NCBI GenBank assembly: GCA_963843845.1 | Contig: CAWJMB010000002.1 | Location: forward strand, 2,432,001 to 2,496,000 | Direction of reading: 5' to 3' | Origin: an uncultured Gemmatimonadaceae bacterium | GTDB lineage: Bacteria > Gemmatimonadota > Gemmatimonadetes > Gemmatimonadales > Gemmatimonadaceae | Length of the DNA stretch: 64,000 bases | In this document: positions 18,625-31,985 of the stretch, one piece after another | Position numbering within the stretch: position 1 is the first letter of the stretch | Layout of the letters: the number at the start of each line of letters is the position of its first letter | Position numbers and translations under genes: made by a program | The notes under the pieces: model-generated | The model's input: only the letters and a program-made list of their open reading frames with translations | Told to the model about the DNA's origin: nothing | Database searches by the model: none

Positions 18625-19838
18625 TCAGTCGGTCAGCGGGAGCGCCGGTGCCGCGACCGGCGGCGCGTGCCGCGCGTGCTGGGCGTCGATCCACGACTGC
18701 TGGTAGCTCGGGTCCTCGAGGGGGCGCGCGGCCTTCGCGATCTTGAGGGGGCGGAAGCTGTCCATCATGACCGCGAGCTCGTTCGTGAACTTCGCGCCGA
18801 TGGATGCCTCGTAGCGCCCCGGGTGCGGGCCGTGCGGTATCCCGTCCGGGTGGTGCGTGACCGAGCCGAACTCGATCCCCTTCCGGCTCATGAACTCGTC
18901 GGAGGCGTAGTAGATCACCTCGTCCGAGTCGACGTTGCTGTGGTTGTACGGCGCCGGGATGGCGTTCGCGTCGAAGTCGTAGGGTCGCGGGCAGAACGAG
19001 CAGATCACGAAGCCATCGCCCTGGAAGGTCTGGTGCACCGGCGGCGGCTGGTGCACGCGGCCGACGATCGGCTCGAAGTCGCGGATGTTGAAGATCCACG
19101 GGTAGAAGTAGCCGTCCCAGCCGACGACGTCGAACGGGTGGTGATCGAGCACGAACTCGTTCAGCCCGTCGTACTGCTTCACGAGGATCGGGAAGTCGCC
19201 CATCTCGTCGTGCGTCTTCAGCTCCGTCGGCCGCCGGATGTCGCGCTCCGAGTACGGCGCCCCCTCGATGAGCTGCCCGAACTCGTTGCGGTACCGCTTC
19301 GGCCAGCGAACGTGCCCTCGACTCTCCATGACGAGGAACTTCTGCGGCGCGCTCAGGTCGAGCTTCCACCGGTGCATGATGCCGCGGTGGATCACGACGT
19401 AGTCGCCTTCCTCGTACGGCAGGTCGCCGAACTGCGTCTCGAGCACGCCGCGCCCCTTGCCGACGTACACGACCTCGTCGGCCTGCGCGTTCCGGTAGAA
19501 GTGCGCGTCCTGCTCGTCGGGCTCGACGTAGAGCATGCCGATGTCCGCGTTGAACAGCATCGGCGTGCGGTCGAGCGTGGGGCTGCCCCCGCGTTTCGCA
19601 CGCGACGTGAGGAAGTGGCGATGCTTGAGCGTCGGATCGTCGTCCGCCTCCCACACCAGCTCCTTCACGCGGCGAACGGACTTCACCGTCGTCGGCGGGT
19701 GGACGTGATAGAGCAGGGCCGACGTCCCCGTGAATCCCTCGTGCCCCACGAGCTGCTCGGCGTACACCCCCCCGTCGGGTTTGCGCATGACCGTGTGCCG
19801 CTTGCGCGGCACACGGCCCAGCGTGTGGTAGATCGGCA

Positions 19839-19839
<1 letters not shown>
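18625..19839 (-). CDS. hmgA: Homogentisate 1,2-dioxygenase
   Basis: Start MPIYHTLGRVPRKRHT overlaps the hppD stop; 'FYRNAQADE', 'HPFDVVGWDG', 'PYNHSNVDSDE', 'GIPHGPHPG'. Confidence 0.93.
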
Positions 19840-20973
<1,134 letters not shown>

Positions 20974-21112
20974 GATGAAGTCGCTCCGGTGAGTGAGGGT
21001 GGACGTGCGTGCCTAACGAATGCGCGCGCACCCCCATCCCGGATCGCAGCGCCGGTTGCCCGGCCATTCCGCCTTTCCTGCCATCGCTCCCTCCGCGTTG
21101 TGCTGTCGGGGC

Positions 21113-23283
21113 TCAGCTCATCCGCGCCGGCGCCGTGCCGGGCTGTTCCTTCACCAGCACGTCGGGTGCCCGCAGCGCCGCGGGCGCCTCGTCGGCCATC
21201 GCCCGCTCGACCGCCGCGGCCGTGACCGGGCTCCCGTTCAGGAGGTACTGCCGGCGCACGAGCGTCAGCACGGTGTAGACCGCGACCGGCTCGCCGTCCT
21301 GGTTCGCGACTTCGACGTCCCACGCCACGACGCCCTGCGGGATCTGCCCCTCGCGATCGTCCTTCGCCGCCTTCGACTTGCAGGTGAGCCGGACCGAGAT
21401 GGTGTCGCCCACGTAGACCGGCTTCACGAAGCGCAGCCCTTCGAGCCCGTAGTTCGCGAGCACCGGCCCGGGCGCCGGGTCGACGAACAGCCCCGCCGCG
21501 GCGGAGATGACGAAGTAGCCGTGCGCGACGCGCCGCTCGAAGATCGACTCGCGCGCCGCGATCTCGTCGACGTGCGCGTAGAAGAAATCTCCCGAGATGC
21601 CGGCGAAGTTCGTCGACGTCGGCCTCGGTCACGGTGCGGCGGTGCGTGCGCCAGGTCTCGCCGACTTGCAGCTCCTCGAAGTGCTTGCGGAACGGGTGGA
21701 TGCGGTCGCGCAGCTCGGCGGCGCCCGTCGATCCACTCGCGCGTCACCGCGGCGAGCGTCGTCGGCGAGCCCTGGATCGCCGTGCGCTGCATGTAGTGCA
21801 GCACGCCGCGCACGCCGCCCATCTCCTCGCCGCCGCCGGCGCGTCCCGGGCCGCCGTGCACGAGGTGCGGCAGCGGTGAGCCGTGCCCCGTCGACTCTTT
21901 CGCCGAATGCCGGTTCACGAGCATGAGGCGGCCGTGGTAGGCCGCGGTGCCCAACACGACGCTCCGCGAGACCTGGTCGTCGGCCGAGAACAGCGAGCCG
22001 ACGAGCGAGCCCTTGCCGAGCCGCGCGAGCGCGATCGCTTCGTCGACCGACGCGTACGGCATGATCGTGTTGACCGGCCCGAACGCTTCGACGTCGTGCG
22101 CCGCCGTCCGCTCGAACGGACGGTCGTTGTGCAGCAGGGTGATCGGGAAGAACGCGCCTCGGTCCGCGTCGGCACCGACGACGTCGAGCGAGCCCGGGCC
22201 GCCGTACACGAGCTCCGCGGCGCCCAGCAGCTTCTCGAGGCTTCGCTGCACTTCGCCCACCTGCGCACGGCCGGCGAGGGGTCCCATGCGGACGCCCTCC
22301 GCCTTCGGGTCCCCGACCTTGGTCCCCGCCAGTCGGCTGCCCAACGCCTTCACGACGTCCTCGACGTACTCGGCCGGGACGAAGGTGCGGCGGATCGCGG
22401 TGCACTTCTGCCCGGCCTTCACCGTCATCTCGCGGGCGACTTCCTTCACGAACAGGTCGAACTCCTCGGAGCCCGGCCGCGCGTCGGGGCCGAGCATCGA
22501 GTAGTTCAGCGAGTCGGCCTCCTGGTTGAAGCGCACGTTGTGCTCGACGATCGCCGGCGTCTGACGAAGCATCTGCCCCGTCGCGGCGCTGCCGGTGAAG
22601 GCCACGGTGTCCTGCATGCCGAGATGGCTCAGCAGGTCACCGGCGCTACCGCAGATCAGCTGCACGGTTCCGCGCGGCAGGAGCCCGCTCGCGATCATCT
22701 CGCGGAACACCGCCTCCGTGAGGAAGCTCGTGATCGTCGCCGGCTTCACGATGCACGGCACGCCCGCGAGCAGCGCGACGGCCACCTTCTCCAGCATCCC
22801 CCAGACGGGGAAGTTGAACGCGTTGATGTGCACCGCGACGCCTTCGAGCGGGACGCAGACGTGCCGCCCGATGAACGTCCCCCCCTTCGAGAGCGGCTCG
22901 GCCGGCCCGTCGATGTAGTACGGCTCGTCGGGGAAGTCGCGCCGCCCGCGGCTCGCGTACGCGAACAGCGTCCCGATGCCGCCGTCGATGTCGATCCAGT
23001 GGTCCCCCTTCGTCGCGCCGGTGGCCTCGGAGACCGTGTAGAACTGCGCCTTGCGCTCGGTGAGGTACTGGGCGAGCGCCTTCAGCATGCGCGCGCGCTG
23101 GTGGAACGTCATGCGCCGCAGCGCCGGCCCGCCGACGGCGCGCGCGTGCTCCGCCATCGCCTTGAAGTCGAGCCCCCCGCTCGACGCCTCTGCCACCTGC
23201 TCGCCGGTGACGGCGTGATACAGATCGGTGCTCTTCCCGGTCCCCTCGACCCACTGGTCGAGCGCGTAGTTCTGCAGTCGCAT
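21113..23283 (-). CDS. paaZ: PaaZ oxepin-CoA hydrolase / 3-oxo-5,6-dehydrosuberyl-CoA semialdehyde dehydrogenase (two +1 frameshifts near 21725 and 21615)
   Basis: ALDH domain '[15 protein letters not shown]', 'EADSLN', '[11 protein letters not shown]', '[20 protein letters not shown]'; MaoC domain '[10 protein letters not shown]', 'AHGYF', 'LANYGLE.LRF'. Confidence 0.92.
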
Positions 23284-23299
23284 CGCGTGATGTGATCCG

Positions 23300-23917
23300 T
23301 TAGGCGCCGGCTCGGCGCGTCTCGTTCCAGGTGCGGTAGACGGCGTGCTGCGACGCACGCAGCTCGTCTTGCGCGGGGGTACGCTCGCGCAGCGGCTCGC
23401 ACGCGTGCAGCGACGCGTGCAGGCGCGCGGGAAGCCGCCGATACAGCGCGGTCCCCTCGCTCTTCCACGCGAGCATCTCGTCGGTCACCTCCTTCACCGC
23501 GCGCGCGGGGGAGCCGACGACGAGCGTGCGCGGCGGGATCCGACTGTCTGCCGGCACGAAGCTGAGCGCGCCGACGATCGACCCGTCGCCGACGTGCGCC
23601 CGATCCATGACGACGGCGTTCATCCCGATCAGCACGTTGCGGCCGAGCCGCGCGCCGTGGATCACCGCGCCGTGCCCGACGTGCGCGGCGGCCTCGAGCA
23701 CGACCGTCGCGCCGGGGAAGACGTGTACGGTGCAGCTCTCCTGCACGTTGCACCCGTCTTCGATCTCGATCGCGCCCCAGTCGCCCCGGATCGCCGCGCC
23801 CGGTCCGACGTACACGTCGCGGCCGATGACGACGTTCCCCGTCACGGCGGCCTGCGGATGCACGAACGCCGACTCGTGGACGACCGGGACGATGCCGTCG
23901 AACGCGTAGATCGCCAC
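23300..23917 (-). CDS. paaY: PaaY gamma-carbonic-anhydrase-family hexapeptide-repeat protein
   Basis: GTG start 'AIYAFDGIVPVVHESAFVHPQA', 'IRGDWG', 'HVGHGAVIHGA', 'LAWKSEGTALY'. Confidence 0.9.
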   Translation of the reverse strand: MAIYAFDGIVPVVHESAFVHPQAAVTGNVVIGRDVYVGPGAAIRGDWGAIEIEDGCNVQESCTVHVFPGATVVLEAAAHVGHGAVIHGARLGRNVLIGMNAVVMDRAHVGDGSIVGALSFVPADSRIPPRTLVVGSPARAVKEVTDEMLAWKSEGTALYRRLPARLHASLHACEPLRERTPAQDELRASQHAVYRTWNETRRAGA

Positions 23918-23919
23918 GC

Positions 23920-25132
<1,213 letters not shown>

Positions 25133-25148
25133 GATTGGCGAGAGAGTG

Positions 25149-25595
25149 TTAGGCCGGCGGCGCTTCGAGCAGCGGCCGGCCCGTGTCGTACACCGTAGCG
25201 CGAAAGTGGGCGACCGGCTCGCCGTCGCGCGCCACCGCCACCGAGTAGAACGCGACGCGGCGCGCCTCGCTCAGCACCGTGCACGTGGCGGTCAACACGT
25301 CGCCGACGCGGATCGCCTTCGCGTACGCCATCGCGTTGTCGAGCGCGACGCTGATGCTGTCGTGCGTGTTGCAGGCGAAGGCGAGTGCGCTGTCGGCGAG
25401 CGCGTAGGTGACGCCGCCGTGGCAGTTGCCGAAGCCGTTCGCCATCTCGGGGCGCACCGACATGCGGACGACCGAGTGGCGCGGCGCCGTCTCGAGCACC
25501 TCGACCCCGAGCCAGCGACTGAACGCGTCGTGCTCGAGCAGCCGTGCCACGGTCGCCTCGGCGAGCGCCTGCGGCGGCAGCGACGCGTGGCTCAC
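25149..25595 (-). CDS. paaI: PaaI hotdog-fold acyl-CoA thioesterase
   Basis: 'DAFSRWLG', 'MANGFGNCHGG..ALADSALAFACN'; GTG start overlaps the paaH stop. Confidence 0.9.
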   Translation of the reverse strand: MSHASLPPQALAEATVARLLEHDAFSRWLGVEVLETAPRHSVVRMSVRPEMANGFGNCHGGVTYALADSALAFACNTHDSISVALDNAMAYAKAIRVGDVLTATCTVLSEARRVAFYSVAVARDGEPVAHFRATVYDTGRPLLEAPPA

Positions 25596-26779
25596 GCGAG
25601 CAGCGGGCGGTGCGCGTGGGCGGCGGCGCGAAGGTACGGACTCGCGCGATACCGATCCTCGGCGTACGCCTCGCGCAATCGCTCCAGCTCGGCGAGAACC
25701 ACCGCCGCGCCCAAGGCGTCGCCCCACGCGAGCAGCCCGCGCGGGTAGTTCACGCCCTTCGTCATCGACAGCTCGATGTCGGCTGCGGTCGCGACGCGCA
25801 GATACACGGCGTCGCACGCCTCGTTCACGAGCATGGCGAGCACGCGCCGCAGCACGGCCGCGCCTGACGTGTCGTCGCGGCTCGGCTCCGGACGGGGCGC
25901 CCCGTCGCGGTAATCGTAGAATCCCTGACCGCTCTTCCTCCCGAGCCGCCCCGCCTCGACGAGCCGCTGCTGCGTGAGCGACGGGCGGTACCGCGGATCG
26001 TGAAACGTCTGCTCGTAGACGGAACGGGTGACGGCGAAGTTCACGTCGAGCCCGATGAAGTCCATCAGCTCGAACGGGCCCATGCGGAAGCCGCCGAGGT
26101 CGCGCAGCGCCCAGTCGATCGTCGGCGCGTCGGCGAGCCCCTCGTCCAGCAGACGAAGCGCCTCTCCGTAGAACGGCCGCGCGACGCGGTTCACGATGAA
26201 GCCAGGCGTGTCGGCGGCGCGCACGGTCGTCTTTCCCCACCCGTCGACGAGCGCGCGCACGTCGTCGGCGAGCGCGGCATCCGTCGTCAGCGCCGGCACG
26301 ATCTCGACGAGCGGCAGGACGGGCGCCGGGTTGAAGAAGTGCACGCCGATGACCCGGTCCGGCCGCCGGCATCCGCCCGCGATCGACGCGACCGACAGCG
26401 ACGACGTGTTCGTCGCGAGCACGGTGTCGGCCGCGACGACGTCTTCGAGCCGGCGGAAGCTCTCGCGCTTCACGCCGAGGTCCTCGACGACTGCCTCGAT
26501 CACGAGCCCGCACTCGGCGAACTGGCTCAGGTCTTCGATGCCGCGCACGACGGTCAGCCGCCGGTGCGCCCCGTTCGCCGCGGCGGCCGAGAGGCGCCCC
26601 TTCTCGACTTCGCGCGCGAGCGCCCGGCTCAGCGCCTCGCTCGCGCGCTCCGCCGTGTCCGGCCGTGCGTCGGCGAGCACCACGCGATGGCCGTTGACGA
26701 GCGCCACCTGCGCGATCCCCGTCCCCATGGCGCCGGCGCCGAGTACGCCGACGACCGTGTCCTGCGCGAGCGTCGCCAT
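25592..26779 (-). CDS. paaH: 3-hydroxyadipyl-CoA (3-hydroxyacyl-CoA) dehydrogenase
   Basis: 'GAGAMGTGIAQV', 'LATNTSSLS', 'HFFNPAP', 'DTPGFIVNR', 'MGPFELMDFIGLD'. Confidence 0.92.
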   Translation of the reverse strand: MATLAQDTVVGVLGAGAMGTGIAQVALVNGHRVVLADARPDTAERASEALSRALAREVEKGRLSAAAANGAHRRLTVVRGIEDLSQFAECGLVIEAVVEDLGVKRESFRRLEDVVAADTVLATNTSSLSVASIAGGCRRPDRVIGVHFFNPAPVLPLVEIVPALTTDAALADDVRALVDGWGKTTVRAADTPGFIVNRVARPFYGEALRLLDEGLADAPTIDWALRDLGGFRMGPFELMDFIGLDVNFAVTRSVYEQTFHDPRYRPSLTQQRLVEAGRLGRKSGQGFYDYRDGAPRPEPSRDDTSGAAVLRRVLAMLVNEACDAVYLRVATAADIELSMTKGVNYPRGLLAWGDALGAAVVLAELERLREAYAEDRYRASPYLRAAAHAHRPLLA

Positions 26780-26783
26780 CCGC

Positions 26784-27575
26784 CTAGCGCCCGACGAAGT
26801 GCGGCGCGCGCTTGGCGAGGAACGCCGCCGTGCCTTCACGGAAATCCTCGGTCGACGCCGCCTCCGCCTGCAGCACCGCCTCGAGCTCGAGCTGCGCCTC
26901 GAGGTCGTTGGCGAGCGACGCGTTCAGCGCCCGCTTCGTGAGGCCGAAGCCGCGCGTCGGCTGCGTCGCGAGCCGCCGGGCGAGCGCCGTGGCGTCCTCC
27001 AGCAGCGACGCCGCCGGCACGACGCGCCAGATCATCCCCATCGCCTGCGCCTCCGCCGCCGAGAGCTTGTCGCCGAGCAGCATGAGCGCCGTCGCCCGCG
27101 GCAGCCCGACGGCGCGCGGAAGGAAGAACGTCCCCGCCGTGTCAGGCACGAGCCCGATCTTCGAGAACGACTGGATGAACGACGCCGTGTCCGCCGCGAG
27201 CACGATGTCGCAGGCGAGCGCGAGGTTCGCCCCGGCACCGGCCGCGACGCCGTTGACGGCGGCGATCACGGGTTTCTCCATCTCGCGCAGGAGCCGCACC
27301 GTCGGGTTGTACGTCTCGCGCACGATGTCGGCGATCGGCGGCGCCGCGCTCCCGTCGCCGGGCATCGCTTCGGCGAGGTCCTGGCCGGCGCAGAACCCGC
27401 GCCCCGCACCTGTCAGCAGCACGGCGCGCACCTGGGCATTCTCCCCGGCGTCCCTGAGCGCCGCCTGCAGCTCGGCCGCCATCGAACGCGTGAAGCTGTT
27501 CAGCACGTCCGGGCGGTGCAGCGTGACCGTCGCCACGCCGTCGGCGATCGCATAGCGAACATCTTCGTAGGCCAT
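26784..27575 (-). CDS. paaG: 1,2-epoxyphenylacetyl-CoA isomerase (crotonase family)
   Basis: 'GRGFCAGQDL', 'VNGVAAGAGANLALACD', 'IGLVPD'; paa context. Confidence 0.9.
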   Translation of the reverse strand: MAYEDVRYAIADGVATVTLHRPDVLNSFTRSMAAELQAALRDAGENAQVRAVLLTGAGRGFCAGQDLAEAMPGDGSAAPPIADIVRETYNPTVRLLREMEKPVIAAVNGVAAGAGANLALACDIVLAADTASFIQSFSKIGLVPDTAGTFFLPRAVGLPRATALMLLGDKLSAAEAQAMGMIWRVVPAASLLEDATALARRLATQPTRGFGLTKRALNASLANDLEAQLELEAVLQAEAASTEDFREGTAAFLAKRAPHFVGR

Positions 27576-27607
27576 GCGGCGTAACGTAAACGCCCGTCAC
27601 ACACTGC

Positions 27608-29092
27608 GTGACACTCGACAGCGCCCCTCTCGTACGACCGCTCATGACCCTGCCTGCAACAGCTTCGGCGATCCGTTCCGGCTTCGGGGCGCTGCGCGCG
27701 AACCCCCTCCGCACGATGCTCTCCGCGCTCGGCGTCGTCATCGGCATCGGCGCCATGATCGCCGTGCTCGCGCTCAGCGACGGCGTCGAGCGATCGTTCC
27801 GCGACCGACTCGCGCTGGACGGGCGCGCGCAGACGCTGCGCATCTCGGCCCGCACCATGGACTTCGTCGACGGGCTCGTGCTCGCGCGGAGCGACGCGCC
27901 CGAGCTGACGCTCGACGACGCCGTGTCGCTCGAGGGCGCCGTCGGCGCCCTCGGGTCGGTCGACCTCTCGACGGGTGGACAGGCGCTCGTCACCGTCGCG
28001 CCGGGGCGTCCCGCGCGGGGCGTCACCCTGCGCGGCGTCCGCGTGCCGCCGGCGATGCTGCGCAGCCGGCCACTCATCGCGGGTCGCTTCTTCACGCCGG
28101 CGGAAGTCCGCGACTCGGCGCGCCTGCTCGTGATCTCGGATGGACTGGCGGCCGCGCTCGCGACGATGCTCGTCGACAGCACGGCCGGGCCGGTCACGCG
28201 ATCCTCGGCACAGTCGCGCCCGCGACCCGTCACCGACGCGCCGGACCCTCCACAGCCGACCGCCGCGGCATGTCGGGCGCTCGTCGGGCGCCCCGTGACG
28301 ATCCGCGACCAGCCGTGGACGATCCTCGGCATCCTGCCGCCGCTCGCCGAGACCGACTCCGCGTGCACGGGGCGACCGCGGTCGCGCACGACGCGCACCG
28401 CCGCATTCAACCTCGCCGGCCGCCTCTCGGCGATGGTGCCCGTCACCGCCGTCGCGGCCGCCGCGACGCCGACCGCGGCGGGGGGATTCGCAGCGAGGCA
28501 GCCGTCCGGCCGCGCGCTGACGCTCGTCGCGACGCGACTCGAGGACTTCAAGCCGATGCGCGAGCGCGCCGAGTCGTGGCTCGCCACGAAGTTCGGGCGG
28601 CCGGTCGCCGACACGGGCGGATGGAAGGCACGGATCGACGTCGCGAGCTACGAGCAGGAGAGCGAAGGCATCACCCAGGCGATGCTCATCTTCCGTCTGC
28701 TCATGTCGGCCATCACCGGCATCTCGCTCGTCGTCGGCGGCGTCGGCATCATGAACGTGTTGCTCGCATCCGTCACCGAGCGGACGCGGGAAATCGGCAT
28801 CAGCAAGGCGGTCGGCGCGCGCCGCCGCGACGTGCTCGTGCAGTACCTCGCCGAGTCCGTCGCGATCTCGCTCATGGGCGCCGTCCTCGGCACGGCGCTC
28901 GGCTACGGAGTCGCGCAGATCGTGGCCGCCGTGATGCGCTCTCGGGCGACGATCCCCGTGCACGCCGGCTTCTCGCTCTCGACGCTCCTCGTCGCGATCG
29001 GCGCGCCGCTCGTCGTCGGCGTGCTGTTCGGCATGTACCCGGCACTGCGCGCGTCGCGGCTCTCGCCGATCGACGCGATCCGGCACGAGTAG
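27608..29092 (+). CDS. MacB-like ABC transporter permease (start may be 27644)
   Basis: 'LRANPLRTMLSALGVVIG', 'GISLVVGGVGIMNVLLASVTERTREIGI', 'YPALRASRLSPIDAIRHE'. Confidence 0.88.
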   Translation: MTLDSAPLVRPLMTLPATASAIRSGFGALRANPLRTMLSALGVVIGIGAMIAVLALSDGVERSFRDRLALDGRAQTLRISARTMDFVDGLVLARSDAPELTLDDAVSLEGAVGALGSVDLSTGGQALVTVAPGRPARGVTLRGVRVPPAMLRSRPLIAGRFFTPAEVRDSARLLVISDGLAAALATMLVDSTAGPVTRSSAQSRPRPVTDAPDPPQPTAAACRALVGRPVTIRDQPWTILGILPPLAETDSACTGRPRSRTTRTAAFNLAGRLSAMVPVTAVAAAATPTAAGGFAARQPSGRALTLVATRLEDFKPMRERAESWLATKFGRPVADTGGWKARIDVASYEQESEGITQAMLIFRLLMSAITGISLVVGGVGIMNVLLASVTERTREIGISKAVGARRRDVLVQYLAESVAISLMGAVLGTALGYGVAQIVAAVMRSRATIPVHAGFSLSTLLVAIGAPLVVGVLFGMYPALRASRLSPIDAIRHE

Positions 29093-29228
29093 CGAACGGT
29101 CCGCCGGCCGACGCCCCCTCGGCGGCCGCTCCGCGAGTGCCGGAAGGCGCCGCGCGCACAGGCGTTAGTTTCCGGGGCGCAGACTTCGGCGCTCCGGACC
29201 ACACGCCTGACTTCGATACGCCTGTTTC

Positions 29229-31367
29229 ATGGCCGTCTCCATGCCGACCCGCCCGATGGCGGCGCCGACTCCCGACATTTCCGCGCTGCTCGATCGGATC
29301 GACTGGCGCCGCGTCGCGTACAACACGCTCGTCTCGCGCGCGCTCGACGACGTCGAGGAGTCGACGAACCGGAACCGCGCGACGGTGCCGCGCGAGCACG
29401 TCGTGCTCTATCAGTTCTCCGCCCGCGGACACGACGTCGCGCAGACCATCCTCGGTGCGCTGCTCGATCACCCGCGTGACGCGGCAGGCGCCTACTACCG
29501 CTCGCGGCCGTTGCTCCTCGCGCTCGGCCTCTCGATCGAGGACGCGCTGGCCAGTCCGTTGGGCCGCTCGGGCGGCTTCAGCGACGGGCGCGACATCGGA
29601 GTGGTGTGCAACCTCCCCGGCGTGCGGGGCGCGACCGTGCTCCCCATGGCCGGCGACGTCGGCGGTCAGTACACGCCCGTCGCCGGCTGGGCCCAGGCGA
29701 TCGACTATCACCGAGACGCGCTCGGCGACGCGTCGTGGGACCGCGCCATCGGCGTGTCGTTGGGCGGCGAGGCGTCGGTCGCGACGAACGGCTTCTGGTC
29801 GGCGCTCACGATGGCGACGACGTTGAAGTTGCCGATGCTCTTCTACGTCGAGGACAACGGCCTCGGCATCTCGGTGCCGAGCCGATTCCAGACACCCGGC
29901 GCCAACATCGCCGCCAACCTCGCGTCGTTCGAGAATCTCTTCCTGCGCGACGGCGACGGGTGCGATCCGATCGAAGCCGCGAGACTGCTCACCGAGTGCG
30001 TCGACCACGTCCGCGCCGGACACGGACCTGCGCTGGTGCGCCTGACCGTTCCGCGCCTGTCGAGCCATTCGGGGCCGGACAACCAGAAGGGCTACCGGAC
30101 GGCCGACGAGATCGCGTTCGACGAGGCGCGCGACCCGCTCCCCCGGCTGCGCCAGTTCCTCGTCGACCACGTGATGAGCGCCGACGACTTCGTGTCGCTC
30201 GAAGCCGAGGTCCATCGCGACGTGGACGCGGCGCTCACCGCGGCACGTGGTCGCCCGACGTCGGACCCCGCGCGCGTGCGCCGCTTCGTGTACGACGAAG
30301 TGCGTCTCCCGGGCGACGAGACCCCGGTCGGCGGTGTCCCCGAGGAGGAGCTGCAATCGTTGGGCGGCACCGACGTCCCCGTCGAGGGTGGGCAGACGAT
30401 GCGCTTCGCCGAAGCCGTCCGGGCGACGCTGGCGCGCGAGCTGACGGTCGACCCGCGCGTGCTCGTGTTCGGCGAGGACGTCGGCGTGAAGGGCGGTGTG
30501 CACCTCGTCACCGAAGGCCTGCAGAAGCGGTTCGGCGAGCGCCGCGTGTTCGACACGTCGCTCTCGGAGGAGGGGATCATCGGGCGGGCCGTCGGCATGG
30601 CGTACAGCGGCCTCATGCCCGTCGCCGAGATCCAGTTCCGGAAGTACGCCGACCCTGCCGCCGAACAGTTGAACAACTGTGGCACGGTGCGGTGGCGCAC
30701 GAACAACCGCTTCTGCGCGCCGATCGTCGTGCGCATGCCCGGCGGCTTCGGCAAGGACGTCGGTGATCCATGGCACTCGCTGAGCGACGAGGTGCGCTTC
30801 GCGCACGCGCTGGGCTGGCAGGTGGCGATGCCGTCGAACGCCGCGGACGCCGTGGGCCTGCTCCGCGCCGCGATGCGCTCGAAGAACCCCACGATCTTCT
30901 TCGAGCACCGCTCGCTGCTCATGACGAGCGACGGGAGCGCTCGCTATCCGGGCGACGACTACGTGCTTCCGTTCGGTCGGGCGGCCGTGCTGCGGGAGGG
31001 CACTGACCTCACGCTCGTGACGTGGGGCGCGATGGTCCACCGCTGCCGCGACGCCGCCGCCTCGTTCGGTGACCGCGTCGAGCTGCTCGATCTCCGCACG
31101 ATCGCGCCCTGGGACCGTGCGGCCGTTCTACGCTCGGTCGAGAAGACCGGCCGCTGTCTCGTCGTCCACGAGGACACGCTCACCGCCGGCTTCGGCGCAG
31201 AGATCGCGGCGACCGTGGCGAAGGACGCGTTCTGGTGGCTCGACGCCCCCGTCGACCGACTGTGTGTCGAGGACGTCCCGATGCCGTATCACACCACGTT
31301 GCTCGACGCCGTGCTCCCCTCAGCCGAGGCGATCGCAGCGCGGATAGAGACCGTGATCGGCCTGTAG
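29229..31367 (+). CDS. 2-oxoacid dehydrogenase E1, fused alpha/beta subunits
   Basis: Alpha: 'YYRSRP', TPP motif variant 'GGEAS..EDNG', 'SHSGPD'; beta: 'FGEDVG', 'RVFDTSLSEEGI', 'EIQFRKY', 'FFEHR', 'VVHED'. Confidence 0.9.
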   Translation: MAVSMPTRPMAAPTPDISALLDRIDWRRVAYNTLVSRALDDVEESTNRNRATVPREHVVLYQFSARGHDVAQTILGALLDHPRDAAGAYYRSRPLLLALGLSIEDALASPLGRSGGFSDGRDIGVVCNLPGVRGATVLPMAGDVGGQYTPVAGWAQAIDYHRDALGDASWDRAIGVSLGGEASVATNGFWSALTMATTLKLPMLFYVEDNGLGISVPSRFQTPGANIAANLASFENLFLRDGDGCDPIEAARLLTECVDHVRAGHGPALVRLTVPRLSSHSGPDNQKGYRTADEIAFDEARDPLPRLRQFLVDHVMSADDFVSLEAEVHRDVDAALTAARGRPTSDPARVRRFVYDEVRLPGDETPVGGVPEEELQSLGGTDVPVEGGQTMRFAEAVRATLARELTVDPRVLVFGEDVGVKGGVHLVTEGLQKRFGERRVFDTSLSEEGIIGRAVGMAYSGLMPVAEIQFRKYADPAAEQLNNCGTVRWRTNNRFCAPIVVRMPGGFGKDVGDPWHSLSDEVRFAHALGWQVAMPSNAADAVGLLRAAMRSKNPTIFFEHRSLLMTSDGSARYPGDDYVLPFGRAAVLREGTDLTLVTWGAMVHRCRDAAASFGDRVELLDLRTIAPWDRAAVLRSVEKTGRCLVVHEDTLTAGFGAEIAATVAKDAFWWLDAPVDRLCVEDVPMPYHTTLLDAVLPSAEAIAARIETVIGL

Positions 31368-31377
31368 TGTGTTCACC

Positions 31378-31440
31378 GAAGGAATCGAGGGAACTCCAAC
31401 CGGGCTCTCGCACAGCACTTCGAGTTCCCCCTGTTCCTTC
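31378..31440. repeat. Imperfect inverted repeat between convergent genes
   Basis: gaaggaatcgagggaactc ... gagttccccctgttccttc with a ~25-nt spacer. Confidence 0.5.
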
Positions 31441-31462
31441 TGTCAGAGATCCCAGGCGACCG

Positions 31463-31985
31463 CTAGATCGCCTTGAACTCCTCGAACGGCTGCCGGCAGG
31501 CGTCGCAGAAGTGGATCGACTTGCACGCCGTCGTCCCGAACGCGCTGCGTAACGCCGTCTGCGCCGAGCCACAGTACGGGCACGGCACCGTCGAGCGCCG
31601 ACGCAGCGGCACGAGGTCCGGCCCCTCCGCCGGCCCCGGCGGCGCGATCCCGTAGGCGCGCAGCTTCTCGCGCGCCTCCGGCGCGATCCAGTCGGTCGTC
31701 CACGGCGGCGAGTAGGTGGTCCGCACCTGCGCCTCGCCGAAGCCGTGGGCGGCGAGCGCCGACGACGATGTCGCGCTCGATCTCGCGCATCGCGGGGCAG
31801 CCCGAATACGTCGGCGTGACGACGACGGTCACCGCGTCGCCGTGCAGTTCGACGTCGCGCACGATCCCGAGCTCGACGACCGACAGCACCGGCACTTCGG
31901 GGTCCGGCACCGTGCCGATCGCCGCCCAGACGGCCGCACTGCGGTCCGACGGAATCACCGCCCCGACCGCGCCGCGCGACGTCAC
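31463..31985 (-). CDS. paaD: Phenylacetyl-CoA epoxidase subunit D (+1 frameshift near 31764)
   Basis: 'VPDPEVPVLSVVELG', 'TPTYSGCPAM', 'PPWTTDW', 'CPYCGS..FGTTACK..C..C..PFEEFKAI'. Confidence 0.9.
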
